NCBI RefSeq assembly: GCF_031769215.1
Contig: NW_026782376.1
Location: forward strand, 372,001 to 436,000
Length of the DNA: 64,000 nucleotides
Origin: Ylistrum balloti
Taxonomy: Eukaryota
Direction of reading: 5' to 3'
Part shown: positions 1-10,787 of the stretch, in pieces
How the letters are laid out: each line of letters starts with the position of its first letter
How positions within the stretch are numbered: position 1 is the first letter of the stretch
Position numbers and translations under genes: made by a program
The notes under the pieces: model-generated
Databases searched by the model: none
Told to the model about the DNA's origin: nothing
What the model saw: the letters and a program-made list of their open reading frames with translations, nothing else

Positions 1-924
1 TCAATGAAATTAGAAAAATCTTCAATTTTTGTGTAACACTCCATACCTTGTTAAAGTTTTGTCTTTAGCTCCACACCGATATTAATTTCTCATCAATTAC
101 AAAAAGCAATCATAACAAAACATAGAATATCTATATAAAACAATACAAACAGATTTTCACATACAGTTTAAATACAGGTAACTTGAATTTATTGATTAAT
201 TGTAACATGTTAAATTTCTGGTTAGCTTGGAACTTTATAAGTTGTCATCATACACCAAATTTGAAATGTTTTTATATCTCTGTATAGCCAATTCCAACTC
301 ACATTTTAAATTCTTACTTTCACCTGCAGTTTACTACTGTTAACTGGACTTTAATTAATAACTTGTGCCATGTTTAGAGTTAATTGTTTAACTCCGCATT
401 GAGCTTGATTTCTAACCAAATTGACCCTGGGGTCTGGCCTGTCTGACCTCACTGCTAGGAACTCACTTTCTTGGTTATATCTTTTAAGCAATTGAGAACC
501 ATACCCCTTAACCATATGCTGGGCATTAAGAGATAAACACCTTTATGATGAAGAACTGACCTCTCTGAACTTAATTTTCAGGTTATACATTTAAAACGGT
601 GGAAATCCCCCCACATAACATTATATATATTTAGAATGTATTGATATCAAGAGATCAACGCATTTGTTGTGTAAGAATGGACTCTTGAGTATGGCACACC
701 TTTAGGGACATTATTTCTGGGCCACATTTTTTACATAGCTTAGATACCAACCCAATAACCATATAACCTCTTACTTGGCATCAAAAGAGAAAGACAGTAA
801 TGCTATAAGAATTTACTCATTGGTCTTTCACCATGAAAGGACTTAAGTGATTGAGTTTTAATTTGGAAATATTTGAAATACCCAACCTATAGGCATGTGT
901 ACCATGACTTTGCTTTAATATCCT

Positions 925-957
925 GGTGAGTGATACAGGCCCCACGGGCCTCTTGTT
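925..957 (+). mobile_element. 3' terminus of a Helentron-associated non-autonomous (HINE-like) element
   Basis: ggtgagtgatac + hairpin aggccc-cac-gggcct + cttgtt, the subterminal-repeat / GC hairpin / CTTGT(T) end typical of bivalve Helentron-type elements. 5' end not located. Confidence 0.55.
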
Positions 958-1653
958 CCTAGGGTACTGCTTACTGTACAGTGCAGCTGCTGTGATCAGA
1001 TAATTATTATTATGCAAAAATTAATGTAATCTCTAATGCTTTTGGTCATATCAAAGGTAAATATATAGTTACAAAGTTATTCAAGCAACAGTCATACATA
1101 TTTTATTTTATTTATATGTGTATTCTCAAGTCGAGATCAATAAGTAATGTTGCTTATATTTTACTTGTCTCTTTATCAGGTAGACAATGAACAACACATG
1201 GTCCTGTGATCAAATTACTCTATTTTGATCCCATCATCATGGTCTTCAGTACATCAATTACACAGATGGACAGCTGATTGGATCCAGCTAAAACAAGTTC
1301 CAGTCTTCAGTATGATTTGCGTAGCACACAGTTGACGTATTAAAGTATGTTGCTTGTAGGAAATATTATCAGTACAGACACTGTTTTCATAGTTTATGAA
1401 CTTGTCTAAATAATGTACATCAGGCTTCAGGTGTGAACCTTTCTAGCCCATCATCAGATGGTGAGCTGTTCAAATTGCCCTTCATCTCAGGTCTGTTTAT
1501 CCATGAACAATCCTTGCTATCATTTTGTGATGTAATGCAGGGATATTTCTCTTACTTATATCTTTCCCTTTGGTCCGTAATTAAGCCGTTTGAATTTTGC
1601 GCTGATCAAAAAAGCAAAAGCTGAAAAGTGATCACCTTGAATTTGACAATTAA

Positions 1654-1912
1654 TTATTGGGCCGCCCGAGACAAAATCTCATGGTGACCTTTTGCTATCA
1701 CCTTTGCAGAAACCTTTCATCGCCTAAGATGAACCAAAATTGTGAATTAAACAGTCCCCACCCCACAGGGCCCTGAGGGGTGGGGTCAAATTGACTCATA
1801 GTTCAAAAGTCTTCTTCTCAACACCCACATATTGTAGAATCAAACACTCTTCATAACTGAAAGCATCTTAGGGTGCTTTACCAAAGTTGTGAATTTCATG
1901 GCCCCAGGGTCA
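1654..1912 (+). mobile_element. 5' part of a HINE-like element
   Basis: Degenerate 5' stem-loop (gggccgcccgagac-aaaa-tctcatggtgacc) followed by ttttgctatc, then internal units with cttcttctc, ccaaa(a/g)ttgtgaatt and ggcccc/ggggtggggtcaaa motifs. Confidence 0.5.
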
Positions 1913-2859
1913 TCTTCAGCATACATGAATCGAATAGAGCTGGTTGTACAATTATATTTATCCCACATCCGATTCACACTAGCCTGACATAATTGATGTG
2001 CTGATGATATGTTAGAATGCACAGATTGTACATTTGAACAAATGCAGCATACGTAAGGATTCCACAGATTATCAAAACAAAAGAATCCATGTTCAAAAAA
2101 ACTAATTTAATATATTTAAATATTTACTGAAGAGTTTTCTCCAACATTTAAGGTGTTATGTATAGAAAATGTTCAATTAAAACAATGCCGTATTATACTG
2201 ATGCCTAAACAAAACGTTAATAGGTAATCATGCTTTTGGTAGACATTCATGATGCTTCACACTGTCTGTATATTTCACATTATTGTATATCTTCATCATT
2301 GATATTTTTGCTATTATGTGGAATTTTAATCTGTGTTGCTGTGAAGATGCAGGGTAATACCTTTTTTATCTTGATATACACACGATATACACATGTACAT
2401 AGTTTTCTTATTATTGATTATTGTATTCATTTGTATTTATTAGATAAAGTACAGGAAACCATTGATAGCTTACCTCTAGAACATTTGCAGGTTTGGTTAC
2501 AGGAATACTGGTATCTTTTGCAGGATGGTCAATACTTGGCTGGTTTGCATATGTCTGTAAATGCATAAAGAAATACCTTAGCTTATTAGAAATTTTCTTG
2601 AGGCTTTTTTGTACATGGTGTTCCCAACATAAAAAAAGAGAAAAAAAATTTCCATCTTACCGTCATATATGGTAAAAGATCACTTGATTTATGTTGTTAA
2701 GATAAAAATACTGAAGCTTTTAATCAAATATCTAATAAATGAATGTGAGATGAAATTGTTTTACAGATGCAGATTCATTGAGGTCATAAGGTCACCACTT
2801 TCAAAGCATCAATGGGATTGGACATTCTGTGAACAGATGACCCATGATAGTGGACCCAC

Positions 2860-3426
2860 CATTGATGTTGACTTGGAGGATGATGGATGACGACCTCTTT
2901 TAACATAACACTGAGAATACTATAGAGGCAAACTTTATTGTGGCATCCTTCTTTAACAGTGACGATGATGAGGAATTTGAAGGAGTTTTGTTCAGTGATC
3001 AGTGGTTATGTTTGTGATTGGTGCAAAGTGACTTCAGTACTATGAACTGCTTATAATTACTTAGTGCTCTATGGATTTATCGGTCTACTGTTCCATTCGC
3101 GCAAGTCGTAAGTACTATGGAACCTATTCGGTTAAAATTTGTAGTATTATCGCAAACTTTTTGTTTCTTTACTTTATAAAAATAATAATGAAACTTATTT
3201 GCATTAAAACATTCGAAATTTGTTTTATTCTTTGTTGTTTTTATCTTCAGTCTATCACATATGACCGATGCCTCTAACTAGGTGAAGGGGGTAGTCCAAA
3301 ATCGCGGACCAGAGAACTCGAGAATAACCTCAAGAATGCAATATTCCTGTGTATAGTATCTACACCCTTTTCAACAAGACACTTTTCACCTAAAAAAGTG
3401 TGCACTATACGTGGAAATTTATGGTA
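2860..3426 (+). mobile_element. Right end of a decayed pogo/Tc2-like DNA transposon
   Basis: Acidic C-terminal reading DDDLF*HNTE...FFNSDDDEEFEG (2952-2984). Terminal tgtgcactatacgtggaaatttatgg+TA (3399-3426) with an internal inverted copy tcctgtgtatagtatctacaccc (3345-3367). Left TIR not found in the window. Confidence 0.5.
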
Positions 3427-3588
3427 TTCTATTTCATATGAAGCAGAATTTTGTAAGGAATTTGTGAAGTAAATGTTTCCAGAATGTAATTATTATTGAT
3501 AATTGCAAGTTACCGAGGTTTCGTGGAAGGGCATCTTACTATTATAGCGACTATAATTATATTCAGATAATATTTAATAATTTATATT

Positions 3589-4372
3589 TACCCAAAGGGT
3601 ACAGATGACCTATTGCTATCGTACATTGTCAGTTGCATGCGTAAACTTTTCCTTTAAAACACGACTCCTGCTTAATACCTAGGCAAATTTCAACCAAATT
3701 AGGTCTGAAACATTATTGGGGTTGGGGATAATTTCTTTAATTCTAAAATTTGATTTGAAACGTGGGGTTTTTGCCCCAAAAGGGTAGTTAGACAATACTT
3801 CACTTAAAAACACTGCTCTTCCTTAATGCTTGAGTGGATTCCATTCAAATTTTGTTTGTAACATCAGCAGGGGTTAGCAAATAATTTTTAAATTTAGAAA
3901 GTTGATTAAACCCTTAGGGCCCCAGGGAAGGTGCTCCAAAATGGGTAGATTTCAACCAACATTTGGCCTGAAACATTTGGGAGTGTCAATGACATCAAAC
4001 GTGTGTGTGATTCCCAGATCGCTCTGACCAAATCTTATTTCTAGGCTTTGATCCAAAATCTAACATAATTTCAGTCAAACCAATGAGAAAAATAATTTGA
4101 GTTTGATATTTTTAAAGAAAAGAAAGATATGGTTTGTTGTTTCTATTCAGTCTGATCAAAACTTTAACATATTAGGCACAGTAGTTTTTTGTAACATGAT
4201 TATGCAACTGTTTTTGATGACAGAACCTACCATTTATGAGTTTCTGGTATTTTCAAGGAATGTTCAAAATTTGAATTCACCAGATTTGTCAGACCACCAT
4301 CAGTGAATTATATGGTTTGTCCATCCATACATAGATTGTCAGATAACCATTAAGGGCCATGGCCCTCTGGTT
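3589..4372 (+). mobile_element. HINE-like (Helentron-associated) element, both ends visible
   Basis: 5' hairpin tacccaaagggta + cagatgacctattgctatcg; internal aatttcaaccaaa...ggtctgaaacat units; 3' cagataacc + hairpin agggcc-at-ggccct + ctggtt. Confidence 0.55.
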
Positions 4373-5078
4373 TTCTTTTTAACAAGTTCCCAAAAGGAAA
4401 GGAAATTCTGTTTCAAAATTTAATGTGTTGGGTTTTTATGGTGCCATTTTAATTTGGAGTCCGATCAGTGAAACATTTCATGCATGTACACCATGTTGTT
4501 TTTACCAAGGGTGCAATAACAGAATCATCTTTTGTCACGAAGTGTTGAAAGCCAGATGTCTGTAGGCAAATTCTTTGAGATTGTACATTAAAGTATAAAC
4601 TTCGAGATATTAACTGAATTACTGACTATAGGCTCTCTGTATAACCCCACAATGTCAACACTTCTGGTCAGTAATATGGAACTAAGGATGTTTATGGGTT
4701 ATTATTAATTCAATACATGGACTGTATAAGATTGCTATGCATTCTAAAAATGCAGTTAAGAAATTGTCTGATATCTCAGTTTTTCCAAGTTGACATTTCC
4801 TTTTTCCAGTTCAAATATTTCAATGCCAAAAGACGAAAGACAAAGACACAACGGATGACCATGTTTTTGGGTTTCCCCCATCATCTTCTGCATCTCTATT
4901 TCAAAGTAGATACAATCACATGTGAAATTAATCATTTTTACATTATAAGATAAACATATCTATTTTCTAACGTTATAGATTATTTGACTGTTCGATCAAT
5001 AGAGACATCTTCATAAACATTTACGACATTTTTACTATACAAGATAATCCTAAGGGTAGATAGACAATACCTACTCGC

Positions 5079-5488
5079 TCAACGACAAGTAGCGTACAGG
5101 GGTTTAACAAAGTCATCTACAAGGTAAGTACTGGCATTCAAATAAGAATAGCGTGGTGTCCTTCATAGTTATCCCCTGGTCTCCTTGGACTAAGTAAGAG
5201 ATATAATATAGACCACACTATAGAGAGTTCACATTTTGCACTCTTTTTGGATTTAAACTAGACGTTTTACAATGTCGTTTTAAAAACTCAGAATTAAATG
5301 GAGGTAATTCCATAAGGATTGTAATATACACCATCGCCATTCTGCTGACATTGTTTAGTGTCCTGATCGGTATTGCAGACTAACGAACACGGAATGTTTA
5401 ACGAAGGAGGCAATCTGTTTCTGGCACATACACCCTTAAAAAGTGGTGAAATAGTTTTCAAGAGGGTTTCTATCCACAAAGTATTCAT
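5079..5488 (-). pseudogene. Maverick/Polinton adenain-like cysteine protease (PRO) pseudogene
   Basis: MNTLWIETLLK..FKGVCARNRLP..CSLVCNTD, YYNPYG (cf. YFDSYG), then after a frameshift KRVQNVNSL*CGLYYISYL (oxyanion Gln and catalytic Cys) and LVDDFVK. The GxHW catalytic-His segment is missing. Confidence 0.82.
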
Positions 5489-6480
5489 TTTGCACTATAA
5501 ATGAAATGAATCTGTCTGTTACAATCTATTTATTCGATGTCATCGAATCCAGCGTACACTACGACGTTGATTGTATTGGGTAGGGCTGTCCTGAAATGCA
5601 TTTCCAAAGACAAGTTTTCTTCCTTCATAAGATGAAAATGCCCACTTCCGACAGGTCTGGTGCCAAGTGGAATCCAAACAAGGTAAAACCGTTGCAATAT
5701 TTGTCTCTCGAAATGTTATTGCTTTCGCTGTGATACGTTTTACCAGTGCTTGTGAACATGCAGTTTCTTACGTAATTTTTCTGAACGATTTTGGGTAGCA
5801 AGGTCTTGGTGCAGGCTTCCATCCATCCTTGTTCAAGACGACGAAATTGATACTGAAATGATTAAAATGAAAAGGATTCTTGGTGATGAGTCCAGTGTAA
5901 ACACCACTGTCGATACATCCGATGACCAAACATTTGGGCATTTGTCCTATAAACGGAAAAACCTTCATTTTGATTCTCCGAATGGGGTATTTGGAAGGTG
6001 ATGTCTCCACGGCTTTTGCATGAACTAATCACACCGACAGCCACAGTCTCACTTTTCTCACGTTTAGGTAGATGCCCTTAATGACCAGTCTGAACTCGTC
6101 TGCTTCCCCCATCAGACAGAAAACGTCCTTGCTTCTCCTGAGGATAATCTTCTATCTTTGTTGATAAGATATCTTTCCTGAGGAAATAAGTCAGGATGAA
6201 GTCTTCCCATCAGTTCGACTGATGGCTGTCAACACTTTTCTCTTGACGTAGCCGTGATTATCATTTCCTACCGTGTACATCGGCTTCGTGGCTGCAGGGC
6301 CATTGCTCAGTGGCGTTTCAAGATAAGCTTTAAATGGATACACAGGTGTTTCATATATAAAAATTCACTCGTCGCATCCGTTAAATACTGTGTTGTCTGT
6401 CAATCGTCTAGACCTCGAAAAGATGGAAGAAATGTTACGACTTAATCAATGTAATAGATGTCAGCTCGGTGGAACAGTAG
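5485..6480 (-). pseudogene. Maverick/Polinton major capsid protein (PY/MCP) pseudogene
   Basis: Across frameshifts: TVPP..TSI; YPFKAYLETPLSNGPAA; VELMGRLHPDLFPQERYLIN; KIILRRSKDVFCLMG; YLNVRKVRL; HAKAVETSPSKYPIRRI; IGQMPKCLVIGCIDSGVYTGLITKNPFHFNHFSINFVVLNKDG; TGKTYHSESNNISRDKYCNGFTLFGFHLAPDL; LEMHFRTALPNTINVVVYAGFD..IDCNRQIHFIYSAK*. The N-terminal part (6345-6480) is weaker. Confidence 0.9.
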
Positions 6481-8672
6481 AACGCCCTATTTACTCTATC
6501 TGGGTTAAGTCCCCTTTACATTCCTTTTCATTAATAATGGTTGGAAAACTACATCGAAAAAATGAATTTTTTTCTCGGTTTTAAATGTAAGGAAATACTT
6601 ATATAGATCATCTGGTCACATAAAAAATACCAAGCGATAAGATCACAGATTCATCACTATTCTTTTTCGAAAGAAAGTGTTCTAGTATGACCCCAGATCA
6701 CAAATGATGTCACACAGTGTATTTCCATCCACAGTACACATATCAAACCCGTCATAAAGTTTCTTTATAACAATCTTTACTGGGTTTACTGGGTTCCTGC
6801 CACTTACAGAGACATGCTTTTTAATTTAAGTAGAATCGAAAAGTATTTCCCTACGTTGCCTCTGACGGGTATGGTCAGTTTAAATGTTGGGAAAGCCCGT
6901 GCCAAATATAGCAAGAAACGTCATACAGCGCAATATGACGCGCCATCTGGCGGAATCAAAGTTCTTGTAAACAAATGTATGCGTTGGAAGAAAAGAAGTT
7001 AATATTGTCTTTATCTTGGTTACAATTTACCTAAATACCTATGTTTACCTTTGGTGTAAGACCCTGTAACTCGTTTTACCTGCTCCCTCATCAGGTTTGG
7101 AAGCCATTTGTGTTGGCATTCTCCAGACAGTTTTTCGCATGCCCGTTAGGTCAAAGTGCCCTTGTATTTGCATATAAAATGTTGGTTGTACGTTTAAGAT
7201 TTCCTTACAATTAATTTTAAAATGTATGGGAAGTGTAAAATTGTGCCAATATAAGGACATGTACAGTTAATAAAGAGTACAGAACAACAATCCCATGAAA
7301 GATTTTTGACATAAAAATCTATTCATAAAACTTGACCAAATTGTCCCTGTAATTTAAAAAAAAAAGTATATCGCTCTCGTTTGACGTTTTCTCGACACAC
7401 TATTACATGTACTGATATCTGCACTATCGTATTTGGAATAGATAATCCCGACATTCATATTCAGGATCTGATCGAACAGAATTTCCTTCTGCAAAAATGC
7501 AATCGTTAAAAAACTAATGCAACATCCACATAAACAGAAATGGATCTTGATGTCATCTAACAAATAACTACAATTAATATCATTGACGGAGGATAAAGAT
7601 AAAGGATTAATAAATACCATTAAATTTAAACGTAGGCTATATTTATACATATGGGACTGGAATTGTGAAACCTGTCAGAATCAACGTATTTTAATTGGAT
7701 AAACGAGAGGATTGCGCCAAGTAAAAAGTTTTTTTCGGGAAATTTGGTAATACGAAAACACTGGCTGGTCAGTAGGACGACATTTCTTTCTGAAATATGA
7801 ATTGATCGTACTTTATCAGTCTATATATATAACAGAAACGACCACTGACCAGGCAGTTCAGGCTTTGAACTATTTGAAAACAACTTGAAATTGATTTCAG
7901 ATTACCAAATAAACTTCAGACTGTGGCCTGTCATCGGGAGTTTTTAAATTGTGAAAATGAAATATATATGTATTATTCATTAAGCCACTTGTAACTGGAT
8001 TTAATTTAATATAATTACTGTATTTAAAGGTGTTCTTCATTTTGTGTTTTTTGTACAATCTTGTATAAGTTCATCCAAAGGAATGTAAGGTGGAAGCCCA
8101 TTTGTCTAAGAGAAAAGTCTTAAATGCCTATCAATATTTGACATAACATTCAAGGTAATAATTTGAATATTCATAAATGAGATACTAACAGCCCCCTACG
8201 CCTTCCCGTCACCCCACCAACCCAAGACTTCCGGTTTCCCGTTAAACATGACAGATGAGTACGTGTAGATAACCAAACCAATGTCACGAGAATTTTTGTG
8301 TTTATATAACTGTTACATGTATACTAAAAATTGATTGCGTTCGTTTATTTTTTTCACAATTTCATTCATGCATTTATATATTTAATATGTTTAAACGTGT
8401 TTGTTCTTTCATATACATTGTATTTGTGAAGATATCGGCGAATGGTGTTTAAATCTGAAGTTGGTGTTAGGATAATTTGACATTATTTGTAACACATAAT
8501 TGAACGTCTTAGAACTAGAACGATGCAGATGCAAACATTGTTGGTTGGAATTCTGTCACAAGATTTAGAAGGATCCTCGCAAAAGTCCCTAACAGTTAAA
8601 TCATTACAACTCCTATGTATTTTCAAACAAATTTTAGTCTGATAGTAAAAGGTTTAAATAATGAACATGTAC

Positions 8673-9085
8673 GTGTATATACCAAAATCACGTGTATATA
8701 GTGTTCGTCACACTGGCAATTTGTATTGTGTATAACAAAATCACGTGCATGTAGTGTTCGTCACACTGGTAATTTGTGTTGTGTATAACAAAATCACGTG
8801 CATGTAGTGTTCGTCACACTGGTAATTTGTGTTGTGTATAACAAAATCACGTGCATGTAGTGTTCGTCACACTGGTAATTTGTTTTGTGTATAACAAAAT
8901 CACGTGCATGTAGTGTTCGTCACACTGGTGATTTGTATTGTGTATAAGAAAATCACGTGCATGCAGTGTTCCTCACATTGACATTACGTGTTGTATATGA
9001 TAAAATCAAGTGTATGTTGTGTTCGTCACTCTGTCGTTATGTGTTGTATATAAGAAAAGCATGTGTATGTAGTGTTCGGCACACT
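8673..9085. repeat. 53-bp tandem repeat, about 8 units, each with an E-box
   Basis: Unit tgtataacaaaatcacgtgcatgtagtgttcgtcacactggtaatttgtgttg. CACGTG at 8689, 8742, 8795, 8848, 8901, 8954; CAAGTG at 9007; CATGTG at 9060. Confidence 0.97.
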
Positions 9086-9727
9086 AATATTACGGATTGA
9101 ATTATATGAGTCGAAGATACGCGAAAAGAATATATACTGAAATTCTATGGTAAAAAATTGGTATCAGCTATTGCCGTGTCAAGCAGTAATGTTGTAAGTG
9201 TAAGCAAATTGAAGTAACAGTTAAGTAAAACCAACAGACAGAACGTACACTGGGAACGAAGCGTCATCACGTCATCGTCTTGGGACAGAATCAAAGAATT
9301 CTGATAGAACCTTGACGACACCATTCCTATTGTTCAATTTCGTCTAGTGATGTGTTGCCATTAAAGAGATCGTTGTCCCGGGCCAAATCTCAAATCGCCA
9401 TTTCCATCATTTAGACTTTAAGGCAACTAAATATGTTTTAAAAATTCAATAATTTAAATATGTTGTAAAAAGTGTGTAACTATCTATCCATTAAAAAGTC
9501 TTTGATTGGAATTAAAAGTACCTCGTATGTACAAATATGATTTTCAATAATAAATGTGATATCAAAAGGTTAATGGCATTTAGAAATATGTTTTTTTTTG
9601 TGTGTAAACGCTAAAATTGTAAGGCAGATATTGCTATAGCTGAATGGAAGCTGTGAAGGAATTTCCACCGGCTCGATATGTAGCCATGCAGTCCTGCTGT
9701 CAATTTCCTGGAAAGATCGATAAAGTA

Positions 9728-9736
9728 GGGCGGGGC
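9728..9736 (+). promoter_or_regulatory. GC box (Sp/KLF-type) in a candidate promoter
   Basis: GGGCGGGGC about 60 bp upstream of a candidate ATG exon; paired CRE-like half-sites gcgtca/acgtca at 9261-9275. Confidence 0.35.
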
Positions 9737-9798
9737 TACTGAGATGTATAGTAACTGAGCACTTGCTATGTTTACAGTGGTGTGGTTGGTGGGCCGAT

Positions 9799-9808
9799 AT
9801 GGCAGAAG
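9799..9808 (+). CDS. Candidate first coding exon (Met-Ala-Glu + phase-1 intron) of an unidentified host gene
   Basis: ATG GCA GAA G followed by the strong donor gtaaga; possible acceptor tgtttacag| at 9777. No downstream exon could be linked. Confidence 0.3.
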
Positions 9809-10787
9809 GTAAGAAACTGTTTATTTTTTGTAGTTCTATAATTTGACTTCTTACTGTGATTTGAAATATTATATTGTCATATCTATGCGCATTGACTTTA
9901 TACACATAATTAATTAGTGAAACGTACCTGCACATGGTATCACTTTGGTAAAGGTAGTTTTGTATACATACGCTACTCCGCGTTGTACCTGTGAATGTAC
10001 ACGTGGGTAGTTTGAACACCTGATTCCGTGATATGGATACCTGATATATCGCTGTCCATATATATAGTATTATTTACATCAGTTTAAATATGAAGTGTTC
10101 GTTCTCACCTGAGAACACGGTGAGACACACCTGTGCTCCAGTACCATAACCGACAATGTGATGCAGGCAATAAAGCCTATGTGTTTACTGTACATATCTA
10201 CCACACCTGAATGCTTATTAGCGTGTATAGATCTCGATGTATGCTCTGTGTCATTCAAAGTATACAGGTATGCCTCAGCACAACCGATCACATTTGTTAT
10301 GTAAAATTTTCATCGACCATTTTAATCTACTTTGTTAGATATATTAAATTTGTATAGAGCTGTTTTTTGTATCTTTTTCTATAGAAATCATTAGAAACAC
10401 AAAGAACTTTTATTGATATTATGATATTATGCAATAGGCAATCGATATTTTTAATTTTCATAACGAGTTTAATATACGTCAAAAGATGTCAAATTCACAA
10501 ACGGAATAGTTACAATCACTGAATACTGTAAACCTTGCTGTAACAAAACCATATTTTCGTTGTCCTGTCTGTAACTATGTATATTGCATGTGGTAAGAGT
10601 ACAGCAATACGTCATTTTCTATGCTGACGTACTGACACTTAACAGTGTGTTTGGAAAGTAACACTCGACCACAAAGATTCCGAGAGGCATTGTGACTTAT
10701 CAGATGAAATATCAATGCGGTGTCTGGTTTTGTTTAATTGTATTTTCCTGTCGTAAAGATATTCTGTACAGATATGATGGTAGTGTA

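Larger units (their letters stand above)
5079..6480 (-). mobile_element. Decayed Maverick/Polinton virion-morphogenesis module (MCP + protease)
   Basis: Two adjacent degenerate ORFs match Maverick major capsid protein and cysteine protease motifs in the expected order and orientation (see the next two features). No TIR, pPolB, integrase or ATPase was recognised. Confidence 0.88.

Noticed and set aside
7045-7260. Maverick PZ gene or Walker-A ATPase (GAGKT) upstream of the capsid
   Set aside because: Only a faint QxGH-like resemblance and an isolated GAGKT, with no preceding beta-strand or Walker B. Insufficient support.
9570-10019. Longest non-repeat ORF (149 aa, minus strand, non-ATG start)
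   Set aside because: No recognisable domain and composition like translated non-coding DNA.
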